Positions 36,870 through 47,512 of a stretch of DNA of 64,000 nt are shown piece after piece (position 1 is the first letter of the stretch; every line of letters starts with the position of its first letter). The notes beneath the pieces were generated by a model that worked only from the letters and a program-made list of their open reading frames with translations, ran no database searches and had not been told where the DNA came from. Origin of the DNA: an uncultured Acidimicrobiaceae bacterium (GTDB lineage Bacteria > Actinomycetota > Acidimicrobiia > Acidimicrobiales > RAAP-2); contig CAWIWV010000001.1 of NCBI GenBank assembly GCA_963839925.1, positions 630,094 through 694,093 on the forward strand, written 5' to 3'. The translations under genes and the position numbers were made by a program.

Positions 36870-38431
36870 GTACCGACCGGACCGGAGGTGGTGCAGACGG
36901 CTACGTGCTGGCCATCGACCTCGGCACCGGCGGTCCCAAGGTGGCGGTGGTCTCGATCACGGGACGGATCGTCGCCCACGCATTCGAGCCGGTCGCCTTG
37001 CACCTGCTCGAAGGAGGGGGAGCCGAGCAGGATCCTGCCGAGTGGTGGTCGGCAATCTGCAGTGCGTCTCGCCGTGCAATCGCTGACGCTGACGTCGCTG
37101 CGGACCAGATGCTCGGCGTGGGCTGCACCGCACAGTGGTTGGGGACGGTCGCGGTCGGCGCCGACGGGTCGCCACTGATGCGGGCGGTGATCTGGCTCGA
37201 CTCACGGGGCAACAAGGCGATCCGCAAGGTGGCCGGTGGACCCCTGAACGTCCTCGGCTATGACCCGCGCAAGATCCAACGTTGGATACGGGTGACCGGT
37301 GGGGCGCCGGGGCTCTCGGGCAAGGACCCGGTCTCGCACATCCTGTTCATCCGTGACCAGTTCCCCGAAGTCTACGGACGGACCGCGACGTTTCTCGAGC
37401 CGGTCGACTACCTCAACCTCAAGATGACCGGTCGCACCTGTGCTTCGTTCGACTCCATCGCCGCCCACTGGGTCACCGACAACCGATCCATCGACCGGGT
37501 GACCTATGACGACCAGCTGCTCGAGATCACCGGCCTCGACCGCTCCAAGCTGCCGGATCTGGTGCCGCCGGGGTCGGTCATCGGTGCACTGACCGCGGAT
37601 GCGGCCGCAGATCTCGGCATGCCCGCCGGGGTGTCGGTGGCCGTCGGGTCGGGTGACGCCCACTCGGCGGTCTTCGGGTCCGGAGCGGTCGCCGACTTCG
37701 AGGCGCATCTCTACATCGGCACGTCGTCGTGGATCTCCGCCCACGTCCCGTTCAAGAAAACCGCGCCGATCTCCAACGTGGCCTCCATTCCGGCGGCGCT
37801 GGCCGGCAAATACGTCATGGTGGATGAGCACGAAACGGCTGGGGCGTGCCTGACCTTCGCCCGTGACACCCTGGGGTTCGCCGAGAGCTTCGACGCGATG
37901 AACGAGATGGTGGATTCGGTCGCGCCGGGGAGCGGGCGGGTGCTGTTCACACCGTGGCTCAACGGCGAGCGTTCGCCGGTCGACGACCACACGATCAGGG
38001 GCGGGTTCCACAACCTCTCGCTGAGCACGACCCGTGCACAGATGGTCCGGGCGATCTACGAGGGTGTCGCGTTCAACTCGCGGTGGCTCCTCGGCGCGGT
38101 CGAGAAGTTCGCAGGACGGAAATTCAACTCACTTGCCTTCATCGGTGGCGGGGCCAACTCGGAACAGTGGGCCCAGATCCATGCCGACGTACTCGGACGG
38201 GAGATCCGCCAGGTTGCCGATCCGGTACTGGCCAACGTACGGGGCGCCGCCCTCATCGCACTGCTCGCGCTCGGTCGGATCGAGGTCGGTGACATCCCCG
38301 GCATGGTGGAAGTGCGCCGCACCTTCACACCCGACCCATCCAACGCTGCCGAGTACGAGGCGTTGTCCGACGAGTTCGTGAACCTCTACAAGCAGACCAA
38401 GGCGATCCACAAGAGACTGAACCGGTTCTGA
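36866..38431 (+). CDS. FGGY-family carbohydrate kinase (xylulokinase-like)
   Basis: YVLAIDLGTGGPKVAVVS N-terminal ATPase motif and FIGGGANSEQW C-terminal motif. The GTG start overlaps the ileS stop (GTGA). Confidence 0.85.
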   Translation: MSTDRTGGGADGYVLAIDLGTGGPKVAVVSITGRIVAHAFEPVALHLLEGGGAEQDPAEWWSAICSASRRAIADADVAADQMLGVGCTAQWLGTVAVGADGSPLMRAVIWLDSRGNKAIRKVAGGPLNVLGYDPRKIQRWIRVTGGAPGLSGKDPVSHILFIRDQFPEVYGRTATFLEPVDYLNLKMTGRTCASFDSIAAHWVTDNRSIDRVTYDDQLLEITGLDRSKLPDLVPPGSVIGALTADAAADLGMPAGVSVAVGSGDAHSAVFGSGAVADFEAHLYIGTSSWISAHVPFKKTAPISNVASIPAALAGKYVMVDEHETAGACLTFARDTLGFAESFDAMNEMVDSVAPGSGRVLFTPWLNGERSPVDDHTIRGGFHNLSLSTTRAQMVRAIYEGVAFNSRWLLGAVEKFAGRKFNSLAFIGGGANSEQWAQIHADVLGREIRQVADPVLANVRGAALIALLALGRIEVGDIPGMVEVRRTFTPDPSNAAEYEALSDEFVNLYKQTKAIHKRLNRF

Positions 38432-38439
38432 ACCGCTGT

Positions 38440-39090
38440 TCAGTCGATCGCGGGATCGGTGGTGGCGACGAAGAGCAGGTCGAAGGCCAAGGTGTGAAGC
38501 GCAGTTCTCGACGTTGACCACGTGTTGTGCCGGTCGAGCCAGTGACCGAAGGTGGGAAAGAGCTCCCGAAACCGGCGGCTGGGGAGCCGGATGACGTGGA
38601 ATACCAGCGCCACGTAGTACGACGCGAGATAGCCGAGGGTCTCGAAGGTGCCGCCGAACACGACCACCTCGCCCGGTCCGAAGACCTCGGAGCCGAGCTG
38701 TTCCAGCCCCTCGGCGGTGAAGCGCCAGTAGTCGTGGCTGTCGTGCCGCGGGACGGCGGAGGGGACCGACACGATGACCGTCCCGCCGGGTTTGAGAATC
38801 CGGGCGATCTCGCGGAGAACCCCTGCAGGTTGGGTGACGTGCTCGATCAGCTCGAGGGCGAGCACCACGTCGGCGCAGTCGTTGGCGAGTGGGATGGCCG
38901 TCGCCTCCGACGCGAAGTCGACGTTGTCCAGCACCCGCAGATCGGTTGCCAGGTAGCGGGCACCGTTCTGCGGCTCGAATCGCCGCACAACCCCGCAACC
39001 CACGTTGACAACCAACGCGTCCGGGCGGAGTCCGACCAGACGGTCGTCGATGAACCGGTCCCTCCGGGTGATGGCGTCGTTCTTCTTCAT
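38440..39090 (-). CDS. Class I SAM-dependent methyltransferase
   Basis: VVNVGCGVV motif I and DVVLALELIEHV...LKPGGTVIVSVP blocks. Confidence 0.8.
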   Translation of the reverse strand: MKKNDAITRRDRFIDDRLVGLRPDALVVNVGCGVVRRFEPQNGARYLATDLRVLDNVDFASEATAIPLANDCADVVLALELIEHVTQPAGVLREIARILKPGGTVIVSVPSAVPRHDSHDYWRFTAEGLEQLGSEVFGPGEVVVFGGTFETLGYLASYYVALVFHVIRLPSRRFRELFPTFGHWLDRHNTWSTSRTALHTLAFDLLFVATTDPAID

Positions 39091-39126
39091 CGGGCGAGCT
39101 TCATGGATTCGGCGGCCGCAGACCGG

Positions 39127-41157
<2,031 letters not shown>

Positions 41158-41260
41158 TCAACTGCAACGATTGGCGTTTGTCATCTCGATCTGGGGGGTC
41201 GGCGTCGTAACGTCGGTGTCCACGGATTCATGGATCCATGGGAACACAAGGAGCAGACAT

Positions 41261-41923
41261 ATGTTGCGAAAGTTGTTTGTGGTCGCCGCAGCGATCACAA
41301 TTCCTGTCAGCATCATCGCTGTGGGGGGTGGTTTCGCGAACGCGGCGAGTCCTCACACCGCTGCCGCGGACACGGTGAGCTGCAAGACCCTCAGCGGGAC
41401 CCTCGCTTTCTCGCGGAAGGTTGACTCGGCCGGGTACACGTCGGGCCATACCTCGATCAAGGCCTCGATCACAGTGACCGGCTGCACGGTGACCGGATCG
41501 ACCAAGCTCACCATCGCCAAGGGAGTGATGACTGGGACCCTTTCCGGCGCCACCGGAACTCCGGGCAAGCCCACCGGCAGCTGCACCGGGCTGCAAGGGA
41601 GTACTCCCGCAACAGGCACCCTGACCACAAAGTGGACCGTGAGCAAGGGTGGCGGGATTGTGAACTCGGTTCTCAATGTCAAGAGCGTCAAAACCGCGCC
41701 CGTGGGAAGCGGAGCCAACGAGCACGGCGCCTTCACCATCCCAGGTTCTACGAAGTCCACCGCCGCTGGGTCTTTTGTAGGCACAGACAAGGGAGCCAAG
41801 GACAAGGTGGTCGCAGAGATCTCGGAGCCCTACATCACCATGGCCTCTACCTGTGAAAAGAGCGGCCTGACGAGCTTGAAGGTCCAGAACGAGTCGGGCA
41901 CCGCCGCCCTCACGCTGGGCTAA
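41261..41923 (+). CDS. Secreted four-cysteine beta-rich protein, family copy P1 (unknown function)
   Basis: AAGGAG SD 7 nt upstream of ATG 41261. Signal peptide MLRKLFVVAAAITIPVSIIAVGGGFANA. 220 aa with 4 conserved Cys. Paralogous to 42173-42835 and 56641-57273. Confidence 0.8.
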   Translation: MLRKLFVVAAAITIPVSIIAVGGGFANAASPHTAAADTVSCKTLSGTLAFSRKVDSAGYTSGHTSIKASITVTGCTVTGSTKLTIAKGVMTGTLSGATGTPGKPTGSCTGLQGSTPATGTLTTKWTVSKGGGIVNSVLNVKSVKTAPVGSGANEHGAFTIPGSTKSTAAGSFVGTDKGAKDKVVAEISEPYITMASTCEKSGLTSLKVQNESGTAALTLG

Positions 41924-41966
41924 TAGCACTTGGGGCCGGCACCGTTCGGCCTTTCACCGTACCGAT

Positions 41967-41992
41967 GAGAGCGGGGCCTCGGCTCCGCTCTC
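41967..41992 (+). terminator. GC-rich hairpin downstream of P1 (no U-tract)
   Basis: GAGAGCGGGGCC-tc-GGCTCCGCTCTC, homologous to the hairpins after P2 and P3. Confidence 0.55.
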
Positions 41993-42047
41993 TTCGCGCG
42001 ATCTGCCCAGATCCCCCAGAACTCCGGACGCCGACGGCGCCTTCGTT

Positions 42048-42076
42048 GTGTAACGAATCGGGTTACTGGGTAGTTA
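42048..42076 (+). promoter_or_regulatory. Candidate promoter GTGTAACGAAT..(GTAAC-N18-GTTA) upstream of P2
   Basis: Motif shared with 41129-41157 and 46511-46539. Confidence 0.3.
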
Positions 42077-42172
42077 ACAAGTGTGGGACCGGCGCATGCC
42101 ATCCCGACTTGGGGGGAAGCCGGCGTCGTAGGGCGTCGGTTCCATGGATCCATGGATGAACAAGGAGCGAAT

Positions 42173-42835
42173 ATGTTGCGAAAGATGTTTGTGATCGCTG
42201 CAGCGATCACAATTCCTGTAAGCGTCGTCGCTGTCGGTGGAGGTCTGGCCAGCGCAGCCAATCCTCACACCGCTGCCGCCGACACGATCATCTGCAAGAC
42301 CCTCACCGGGAGTCTCGCGTTCTCGCCGAAGATCGATGCAGCCGGCTACAAGTCAGGCCACATCTCCACCAAAGTCACGGCCACGCTGAGCGGCTGCACG
42401 GTGAAGGGATCGACGCCGATCACCATCACCAAGGGCACGGTGACCGGTACCCTCGTCGGCGCCACCGGGACGTCGAGCAAGCCCACCGGCAGCTGCGGCG
42501 GGCTCAGCGGCAATGGCACCGAAACGGGCAACCTGACCACAAAGTGGACGGCCAGCAAGGGTGGACCCGTTCCAAACTCGGTCCTCGGCGTCAAGAGTGA
42601 TATCGGTGGCCATGTGGGCAGCGGATCCTCGGAGCACGGTACGTTCACCATCCCGGGTTCGACGAAGGGGACGGCCAGTGGCTCGTTCTTGGGTAGCAAC
42701 AAGGGTGCGTCGGACAAGTCCGTGGCAGAGACGTCGCAGAGCTACACCACCGTCGCTGCGACCTGTGTGAAGAGCGGCTTGACGACTCTGAAGATTCAGA
42801 ACGAGTCGAGCACCCCCGCCCTCTCACTGGGCTAG
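42173..42835 (+). CDS. Secreted four-cysteine beta-rich protein, family copy P2
   Basis: AAGGAG SD 5 nt upstream of ATG 42173. MLRKMFVIAAAITIPVSVVAVGGGLASA signal peptide. 220 aa, colinear with P1. Confidence 0.8.
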   Translation: MLRKMFVIAAAITIPVSVVAVGGGLASAANPHTAAADTIICKTLTGSLAFSPKIDAAGYKSGHISTKVTATLSGCTVKGSTPITITKGTVTGTLVGATGTSSKPTGSCGGLSGNGTETGNLTTKWTASKGGPVPNSVLGVKSDIGGHVGSGSSEHGTFTIPGSTKGTASGSFLGSNKGASDKSVAETSQSYTTVAATCVKSGLTTLKIQNESSTPALSLG

Positions 42836-42874
42836 TAGCACTCGGAGCCGGCACTGACCGACCATCGCCGTACC

Positions 42875-42906
42875 GAAGAGGGCGGGGCCTCGGCCCCGCC
42901 CTCTTC
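42875..42906 (+). terminator. Perfect 15-bp-arm GC-rich hairpin downstream of P2
   Basis: GAAGAGGGCGGGGCC-tc-GGCCCCGCCCTCTTC. Confidence 0.6.
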
Positions 42907-42929
42907 GCGCGATCTCGGTCACGTTGCTG

Positions 42930-43796
42930 TCAGCGCTCGAAGCGTCCGCCTATCGGGGTGACCTCGGGGATGTCCCCCATAGCCATGACGGCTCGTGCAA
43001 GCGGTGCGAGCGCGTCGAGCAGTCTTTGGAGCTGCTCATCGTCGAGGGTGTCGTAGGCCGAGAGGGCGCTTCGATCGGTGCGGTCCTCGACGTGGGCTCT
43101 CGTCTCCCTGCCGAGGTCGGTGAGGCTGCCGTCCGGGTCGAGCAGCCCACGATCGACGAGTCTCGTCGAGACGGTGGCCCACTCGGCGTCGTCATAGCGC
43201 CGAGACACCCCGAAGATGTCGCGTGGAACCACACCAGCGGCGGATTGCATGACGTTGGCCTCGCGGCCGCCGATTCCGGCCGCAGTCAGTGCGGCGACGT
43301 GGCCATCACCTCGATGTTCGCGGAGCAACGTGGCGGCATGCCACAAGGCGGCTGTCGGTTCCTCCGGCCAAGGCAACCCCCGATTGGCAGCGAAAAGGGT
43401 GCGCCCTTCCATCGGCGCGGACACTGCCGCGGTCCTTGCCAAATCGGCGGCTGTTTCGATTGCTGGGCCGAGGTTCTTTTCGCCGACCGCCCGCTCCAAC
43501 GCCGCGACCGAGCCCTGTCGCCGGGCCTCCAATGCGGCAGCAGGGGATGCGTAGGCCCAGGCATCGGGTAGGGCCCTGCTGACGTGTTCGATCGAGAAGT
43601 TGTAGAAGGTGGCGAACACGACCTCGGGTCCGACCAGGCCGAGCGGCGCTGCTCGGCCTGCGAAATAGCCCATCCAGAAGCCTTTGTACCCTGCGTCTGC
43701 GAGCGCGCCGAGTGCCTCGGGTGAGAAATAGGTGACGCAGTGGATCGGTTCCAGCCTCGACCACAGTTGGCGGGCCCGTTGCACGTCCCGGATCAT
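42930..43796 (-). CDS. Conserved hypothetical helical protein
   Basis: 288 aa with protein-like composition throughout (WSRLEPIHCVTYFSPEA...GYFAGRAAPLG...LLREHRGDGHVAAL). I do not confidently recognise the family. Confidence 0.7.
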   Translation of the reverse strand: MIRDVQRARQLWSRLEPIHCVTYFSPEALGALADAGYKGFWMGYFAGRAAPLGLVGPEVVFATFYNFSIEHVSRALPDAWAYASPAAALEARRQGSVAALERAVGEKNLGPAIETAADLARTAAVSAPMEGRTLFAANRGLPWPEEPTAALWHAATLLREHRGDGHVAALTAAGIGGREANVMQSAAGVVPRDIFGVSRRYDDAEWATVSTRLVDRGLLDPDGSLTDLGRETRAHVEDRTDRSALSAYDTLDDEQLQRLLDALAPLARAVMAMGDIPEVTPIGGRFER

Positions 43797-43866
43797 CGGT
43801 AGTCAGTCTGGCTGGCCCTAGGGACGAACGACAACTGGATCAACTGGAGCCGGACGGGTTGTCGGC

Positions 43867-44772
43867 TCAGTTATGCAGCCAGGCGATGCTGAAGGCAGAT
43901 CCAGCGTTGGTCAGAGCCGAAGGCTGGGCCCTGACGACACCTTTGGTCGCCATGGTGATCTGGGTCTGGGTGAACCCGATCTTGGTGTTCGTCGCCTTCC
44001 CGGCGAACGCCAGTTTCGAGAAGTTGACGGTGCCAAAGTCAGCCAGCGGCAGCAGTTTGCAAGGAGATCCCGTGCAAGGCGCTTCGGCAATCCACTCGGC
44101 GGAGGCGACCTTCGGCGCACTGGATGCGGTCTTCACGACGGAGATTCCCCATAGCGCTTTTCCTCCTGAAGTCGCGCTGATCTGGAGCGTGAATTTCTTG
44201 CCGGAGCCCTTGACTATTGCGTTGAACACGTCGCCGGGCGCCACCGGCTTCGACACCACGACCGCAGCGGCCGGGTACATCTCGTACCAGGTGTAGTACT
44301 TGGGTTTCCCCTTGACGCATTGCGCAGCGGTACCGATCTGCTCGATGGTCGGATCGGTCGACTGGAGCCCGTCGATCCCGACCCAGAACGCCGCACCCTG
44401 GGTCGTCTTGTTCGGGCAGGTCACCGCCGGCTCGGTCCAACTGCCTGAGACCAGGTTGAACGCGCCACCCGAAAGCGCCCATCCCGCCCAGTTGGCCGAC
44501 GACTCCGGGCCGAACCCCCCACTTGCCCTGGCTTGGAACGTGAGGTGGCGCGGTGAAACACTCGGTTGGGAGCCGACCTGGACTGCGGGAGACACTGCCT
44601 GAGAAGTCGCCAGCCCGAAACCTACGGCAAGGAGCCCGACTCCCAGGATTCTCGCACCACGTGAGCGGGTGTTGCCGCTCGACTTCAGCGAACGATCGTT
44701 GGGCCGATTCTGTGGCGACCGCGAGCTACCTTCGGCGAACGATTGATTCTCACTGGTTCGCGGTCGTGTCAT
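43867..44772 (-). CDS. Secreted G1-family (eqolisin / scytalidoglutamic-type, peptidase A4) glutamic peptidase
   Basis: Basic N-terminus plus TM/signal (ARILGVGLLAVGFGLATSQA). Family blocks SANWAGWA, AFWVGIDG, YTWYEMYP, SAEWIAEAP. Confidence 0.75.
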   Translation of the reverse strand: MTRPRTSENQSFAEGSSRSPQNRPNDRSLKSSGNTRSRGARILGVGLLAVGFGLATSQAVSPAVQVGSQPSVSPRHLTFQARASGGFGPESSANWAGWALSGGAFNLVSGSWTEPAVTCPNKTTQGAAFWVGIDGLQSTDPTIEQIGTAAQCVKGKPKYYTWYEMYPAAAVVVSKPVAPGDVFNAIVKGSGKKFTLQISATSGGKALWGISVVKTASSAPKVASAEWIAEAPCTGSPCKLLPLADFGTVNFSKLAFAGKATNTKIGFTQTQITMATKGVVRAQPSALTNAGSAFSIAWLHN

Positions 44773-45751
44773 CCTCGTTCGTGCCGGACGGTCCGCTGGA
44801 CGTGGAGTTCTGCGTCCCAGCGCCGTTGACCTCCTGCTCGACGGTACCACTGACCTGGTTTCCTCCAGCGGTCGGGGCTACCTCTCCACTGCCTGTCGGA
44901 GGTGCCTGATTCACAACCGACGGAGGGGCCCCCTTTGTTACGGGAGGTGTTGTGCTGCCCGTTGTGGTCGGGGTGGTTGTGCCCGTCGTGGTCGGTGTGG
45001 TCGTCCCGCCCTGATTGACGGGAATCGTCTCGCCGCCCGTGGAGCCACTGCCAGTGCCGTCGCCGGAACCGTTTGATTGGTTGCCGCCCATGTAGGTGGC
45101 CCCATCACCCGTTCCGGATCCGCTCGTTCCTTGATCTCCCGTCCCGCCTGACACGGGCAGGCTGTGCCCTGTCGCCGCCGCCACCGCGGCCTGCGCCGCC
45201 TGGCTGTTCAGAGCCGGATTGGCGGTGTTCGGAGCAGCTTGCGCGCGGGCCACCGGAGCTGGCTGCGGGGCTGGAGGAGCTTGGGCCATGTTCGGTCGGC
45301 GGGCTCGGGGCCACGGTCGTCGAGTTGGCGGTCGGCACGTTGTTCGACGGCGGCGTCGGGCCGACCCCCCGAGCTGGCTCGGCACCGACGGCGAAATATT
45401 GATGTCGACCTGGTGCAGTGCCTTGTCCACAATGTTGGCGGCCGGCGAGGGCAGGACCGATGCTGCTGCCAACACGGTGGTGGTGGTGGCGAGGAGGCTC
45501 GCCGCGGACACGGCAACGACGGCTATCCGGGCAGGACGGACTCGGCGCTTTGGCTTGGACCAGTTCGCCGCGGTCGACGCGAAGATCGCACGAGCCTGAG
45601 CCTCTCCGCTCAGCTCTTCGGGCATGGCCGGACCGGAGGCGGCGGCGAGCAGGTCTGCGAGCGGTCCTTCGACCTGGTTCGGGAACTCGAGGACGGTGGT
45701 GTCCGTCCCGGCGTCCTCGTAGAAGAGGTGGCTGATGCTGGTGTCAGCCAT
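44750..45751 (-). CDS. Putative anti-sigma factor / membrane protein with low-complexity extracytoplasmic region
   Basis: ATG 45751 overlaps the sigma-gene stop by 8 nt. Short cytoplasmic N-terminus, one TM (IAVVAVSAASLLATTTTVLAAA), then an S/T/G/P-rich tail (TTTPTTTGTTTPTTTGSTTPP). Confidence 0.6.
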   Translation of the reverse strand: MADTSISHLFYEDAGTDTTVLEFPNQVEGPLADLLAAASGPAMPEELSGEAQARAIFASTAANWSKPKRRVRPARIAVVAVSAASLLATTTTVLAAASVLPSPAANIVDKALHQVDINISPSVPSQLGGSARRRRRTTCRPPTRRPWPRARRPNMAQAPPAPQPAPVARAQAAPNTANPALNSQAAQAAVAAATGHSLPVSGGTGDQGTSGSGTGDGATYMGGNQSNGSGDGTGSGSTGGETIPVNQGGTTTPTTTGTTTPTTTGSTTPPVTKGAPPSVVNQAPPTGSGEVAPTAGGNQVSGTVEQEVNGAGTQNSTSSGPSGTNEDDTTANQ

Positions 45752-46415
45752 GGGCCCGAACCCCCGGAAGGAGTTGCAGATCGACCGGAGCTGCATGGGT
45801 CACTGTGGCCGTGGACAAGCCCTCTCCGGTGACCGAAGTAACGGCACCCTCGCTCAGCATGACCTCGAGTCGGCGGAGACCACGGTGGCAGAGGACTCGC
45901 ACCGATCCGGGTGACCGCTTCATGACTTTCGCCACTGCGGCCACATTGAGTCCCGCCACGACACGCAGCATGACTGCCTCGGACTGATCCGGTGGGAGCT
46001 GTGAGATGAGGGAGAGAGCGCTGCGGGTCGCAGAGTTCTCGTCGGCATCGGCTTCCACGTTGCTGGTCGAAGGAGCCAGATCCAGCTGTGCGTGCTCCGC
46101 GTACTCGTATCGCTTGGACGATCCCCGATACCAGTCGATCACCCGGTTGCGTGCAGCGGTGAACAACCAGGCCCGGAACCCTGCCTCGTCGCCTTCGAAG
46201 TCGGGGAGGGCTCGCAGCACCCTCAACCAGGTGTCGGCGGCCAGGTCCTCGGCGGCCGGTCCTGCTTTGATCATCAAGTAACGGAGAAGACCGGGCTGGA
46301 ACTGCTTCCAGATCCTCGCAAATGCGTCTTGATCGCCACGTTTGGCGGCACGCAGGTCCTTTTGGAAGGTACTTGCCGCCTTTTTCGTGCCGCTCTCCGA
46401 CTCAACAGGAACCAT
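45744..46415 (-). CDS. ECF (group 4) RNA polymerase sigma factor
   Basis: Region 2 (DQDAFARIWKQFQPGLLRYL...AEDLAADTWLRVL...FRAWLFTAARNRVIDWYR) and region 4 (LPPDQSEAVMLRVVAGLNVAAVAKVMKRSPGSVRVLCHRGLRRL). Confidence 0.9.
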   Translation of the reverse strand: MVPVESESGTKKAASTFQKDLRAAKRGDQDAFARIWKQFQPGLLRYLMIKAGPAAEDLAADTWLRVLRALPDFEGDEAGFRAWLFTAARNRVIDWYRGSSKRYEYAEHAQLDLAPSTSNVEADADENSATRSALSLISQLPPDQSEAVMLRVVAGLNVAAVAKVMKRSPGSVRVLCHRGLRRLEVMLSEGAVTSVTGEGLSTATVTHAAPVDLQLLPGVRAHG

Positions 46416-46427
46416 GCCATCCCCCTT

Positions 46428-46451
46428 AACTGATGTCTTACACCCGGTTCC
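46428..46451 (-). promoter_or_regulatory. ECF-type promoter-like motif GGAAC-N16-GTT just upstream of the ECF sigma gene
   Basis: Minus strand: GGGAACCgggtgtaagacatcaGTTaagggggatggcATG. Confidence 0.3.
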
Positions 46452-46510
46452 CTGTCTCGTCCAGTCATTTTCGCGCTGAGAATTACGTGGTCAGCGCCCT
46501 AATTCGGCAG

Positions 46511-46539
46511 GTGTAACGGAATTGCAGCCTGGTCCGTTC
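46511..46539 (+). promoter_or_regulatory. Third copy of the GTGTAACG..(GTAAC-N18-GTTC) motif, with no downstream plus-strand gene
   Basis: GTGTAACGGAAttgcagcctggtccGTTC. It points into the 3' end of the convergent SDR gene. Confidence 0.25.
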
Positions 46540-46599
46540 TCTAGGGCAGGCGGGGTGTCGGCGGAATCCCCTTTTCGTAACATTTCATGCCGAGCTGCA

Positions 46600-46639
46600 C
46601 TATTCGGGCGTGACGTAGAACTATTCGGGCGTGACGTAG
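46600..46639. repeat. Tandem duplication (period 21 bp) of the last codons plus stop of the SDR gene
   Basis: ctattcgggcgtgacgtag occurs at 46600-46618 and again at 46621-46639. The second copy encodes ...YVTPE-stop of gene 46621-47397(-). Confidence 0.9.
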
Positions 46640-47397
46640 GCGGAAGTGATGCCACCGTCCACGACGAGTGCGGATCCGGTCACGAACGACGAATCGTCGG
46701 AGGCGAGGAACAAAGCGGCCTTGGCGATCTCCTCTGGACGGCCGAAGCGCCCCATCGGGATATGGACGAGCCGTCGTTGGCGGCGAACCGGGTCGGCAAG
46801 CAGCTCCTCGAGCAGAGGAGTCTCGATCGGCCCCGGGCAGATCGAGTTGGCCCTGATTCCACTGCGCGCGTATTCGACAGCTACTTCGCGGGTCATCGAG
46901 AGGACGGCGCCCTTCGACGCGGTGTACCCGAGCTGGGCTGTCGCCGCTCCCATGAGGGCGACGAACGAAGCAACGTTGACGATCGACCCTCCCCCCGAAG
47001 CCATCATGGCGGGAACTGCAGCACGACACCCCAGCCAAACGCCCTTCAGGTTCACGTCCATCACCCGCTGCCATGTCGCAGGGGGCGTGTCGAGCAGCCC
47101 GCCGTCGTCGTCGGGGAAGATCCCGGCATTGTTGAACATCACGTCCAGCCGTCCGTAGGTGTCGACGGCAGTCCGGACCATGTCTCCGACCTGGCGCTCG
47201 TCGGTCACGTCGACCACCGATGCGGTTGCCGTCCCACCGTTTGCGGTGATCTCCGCCACGGCTGACTCCGCGTGATCGCCGAGCACATCGGCGACGACCA
47301 CCTGTGCTCCGACCGAGGCGAAGAGACTTGCCGCCGCCCGACCGATGCCACTTCCGGCACCGGTGATCACCGCGACCTTTCCGTCGAGTCGAGACAT
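46621..47397 (-). CDS. SDR family oxidoreductase
   Basis: 258 aa from ATG 47397. GKVAVITGAGSGIGRA, NNAG, YTASKGA motifs. Confidence 0.85.
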   Translation of the reverse strand: MSRLDGKVAVITGAGSGIGRAAASLFASVGAQVVVADVLGDHAESAVAEITANGGTATASVVDVTDERQVGDMVRTAVDTYGRLDVMFNNAGIFPDDDGGLLDTPPATWQRVMDVNLKGVWLGCRAAVPAMMASGGGSIVNVASFVALMGAATAQLGYTASKGAVLSMTREVAVEYARSGIRANSICPGPIETPLLEELLADPVRRQRRLVHIPMGRFGRPEEIAKAALFLASDDSSFVTGSALVVDGGITSAYVTPE

Positions 47398-47512
47398 CGC
47401 TTCCTCTCTCGAGCCGCACGCGACTCTCAACAAGTGGTTGAGGCTTCGAGGTTACTTCGGCGGTCGGGTTCGCCTCCGCTGGCCGATTCGACCCGGTGGG
47501 ATACTGTCCGCC

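Noticed and set aside
45237-45365. Arg-rich stretch (SARRRRRTTCRPPTRRPWPRARRPN) in the ectodomain of the anti-sigma-like protein. It might indicate a compensated double frameshift, because an alternative frame reads PTANSTTVAPSPPTEHGPSSSSPAASSGGP.
   Set aside because: The annotated frame is open throughout, and the flanking low-complexity sequence is plausible in either frame. I cannot decide without orthologue alignment, so the gene is left as a single CDS.
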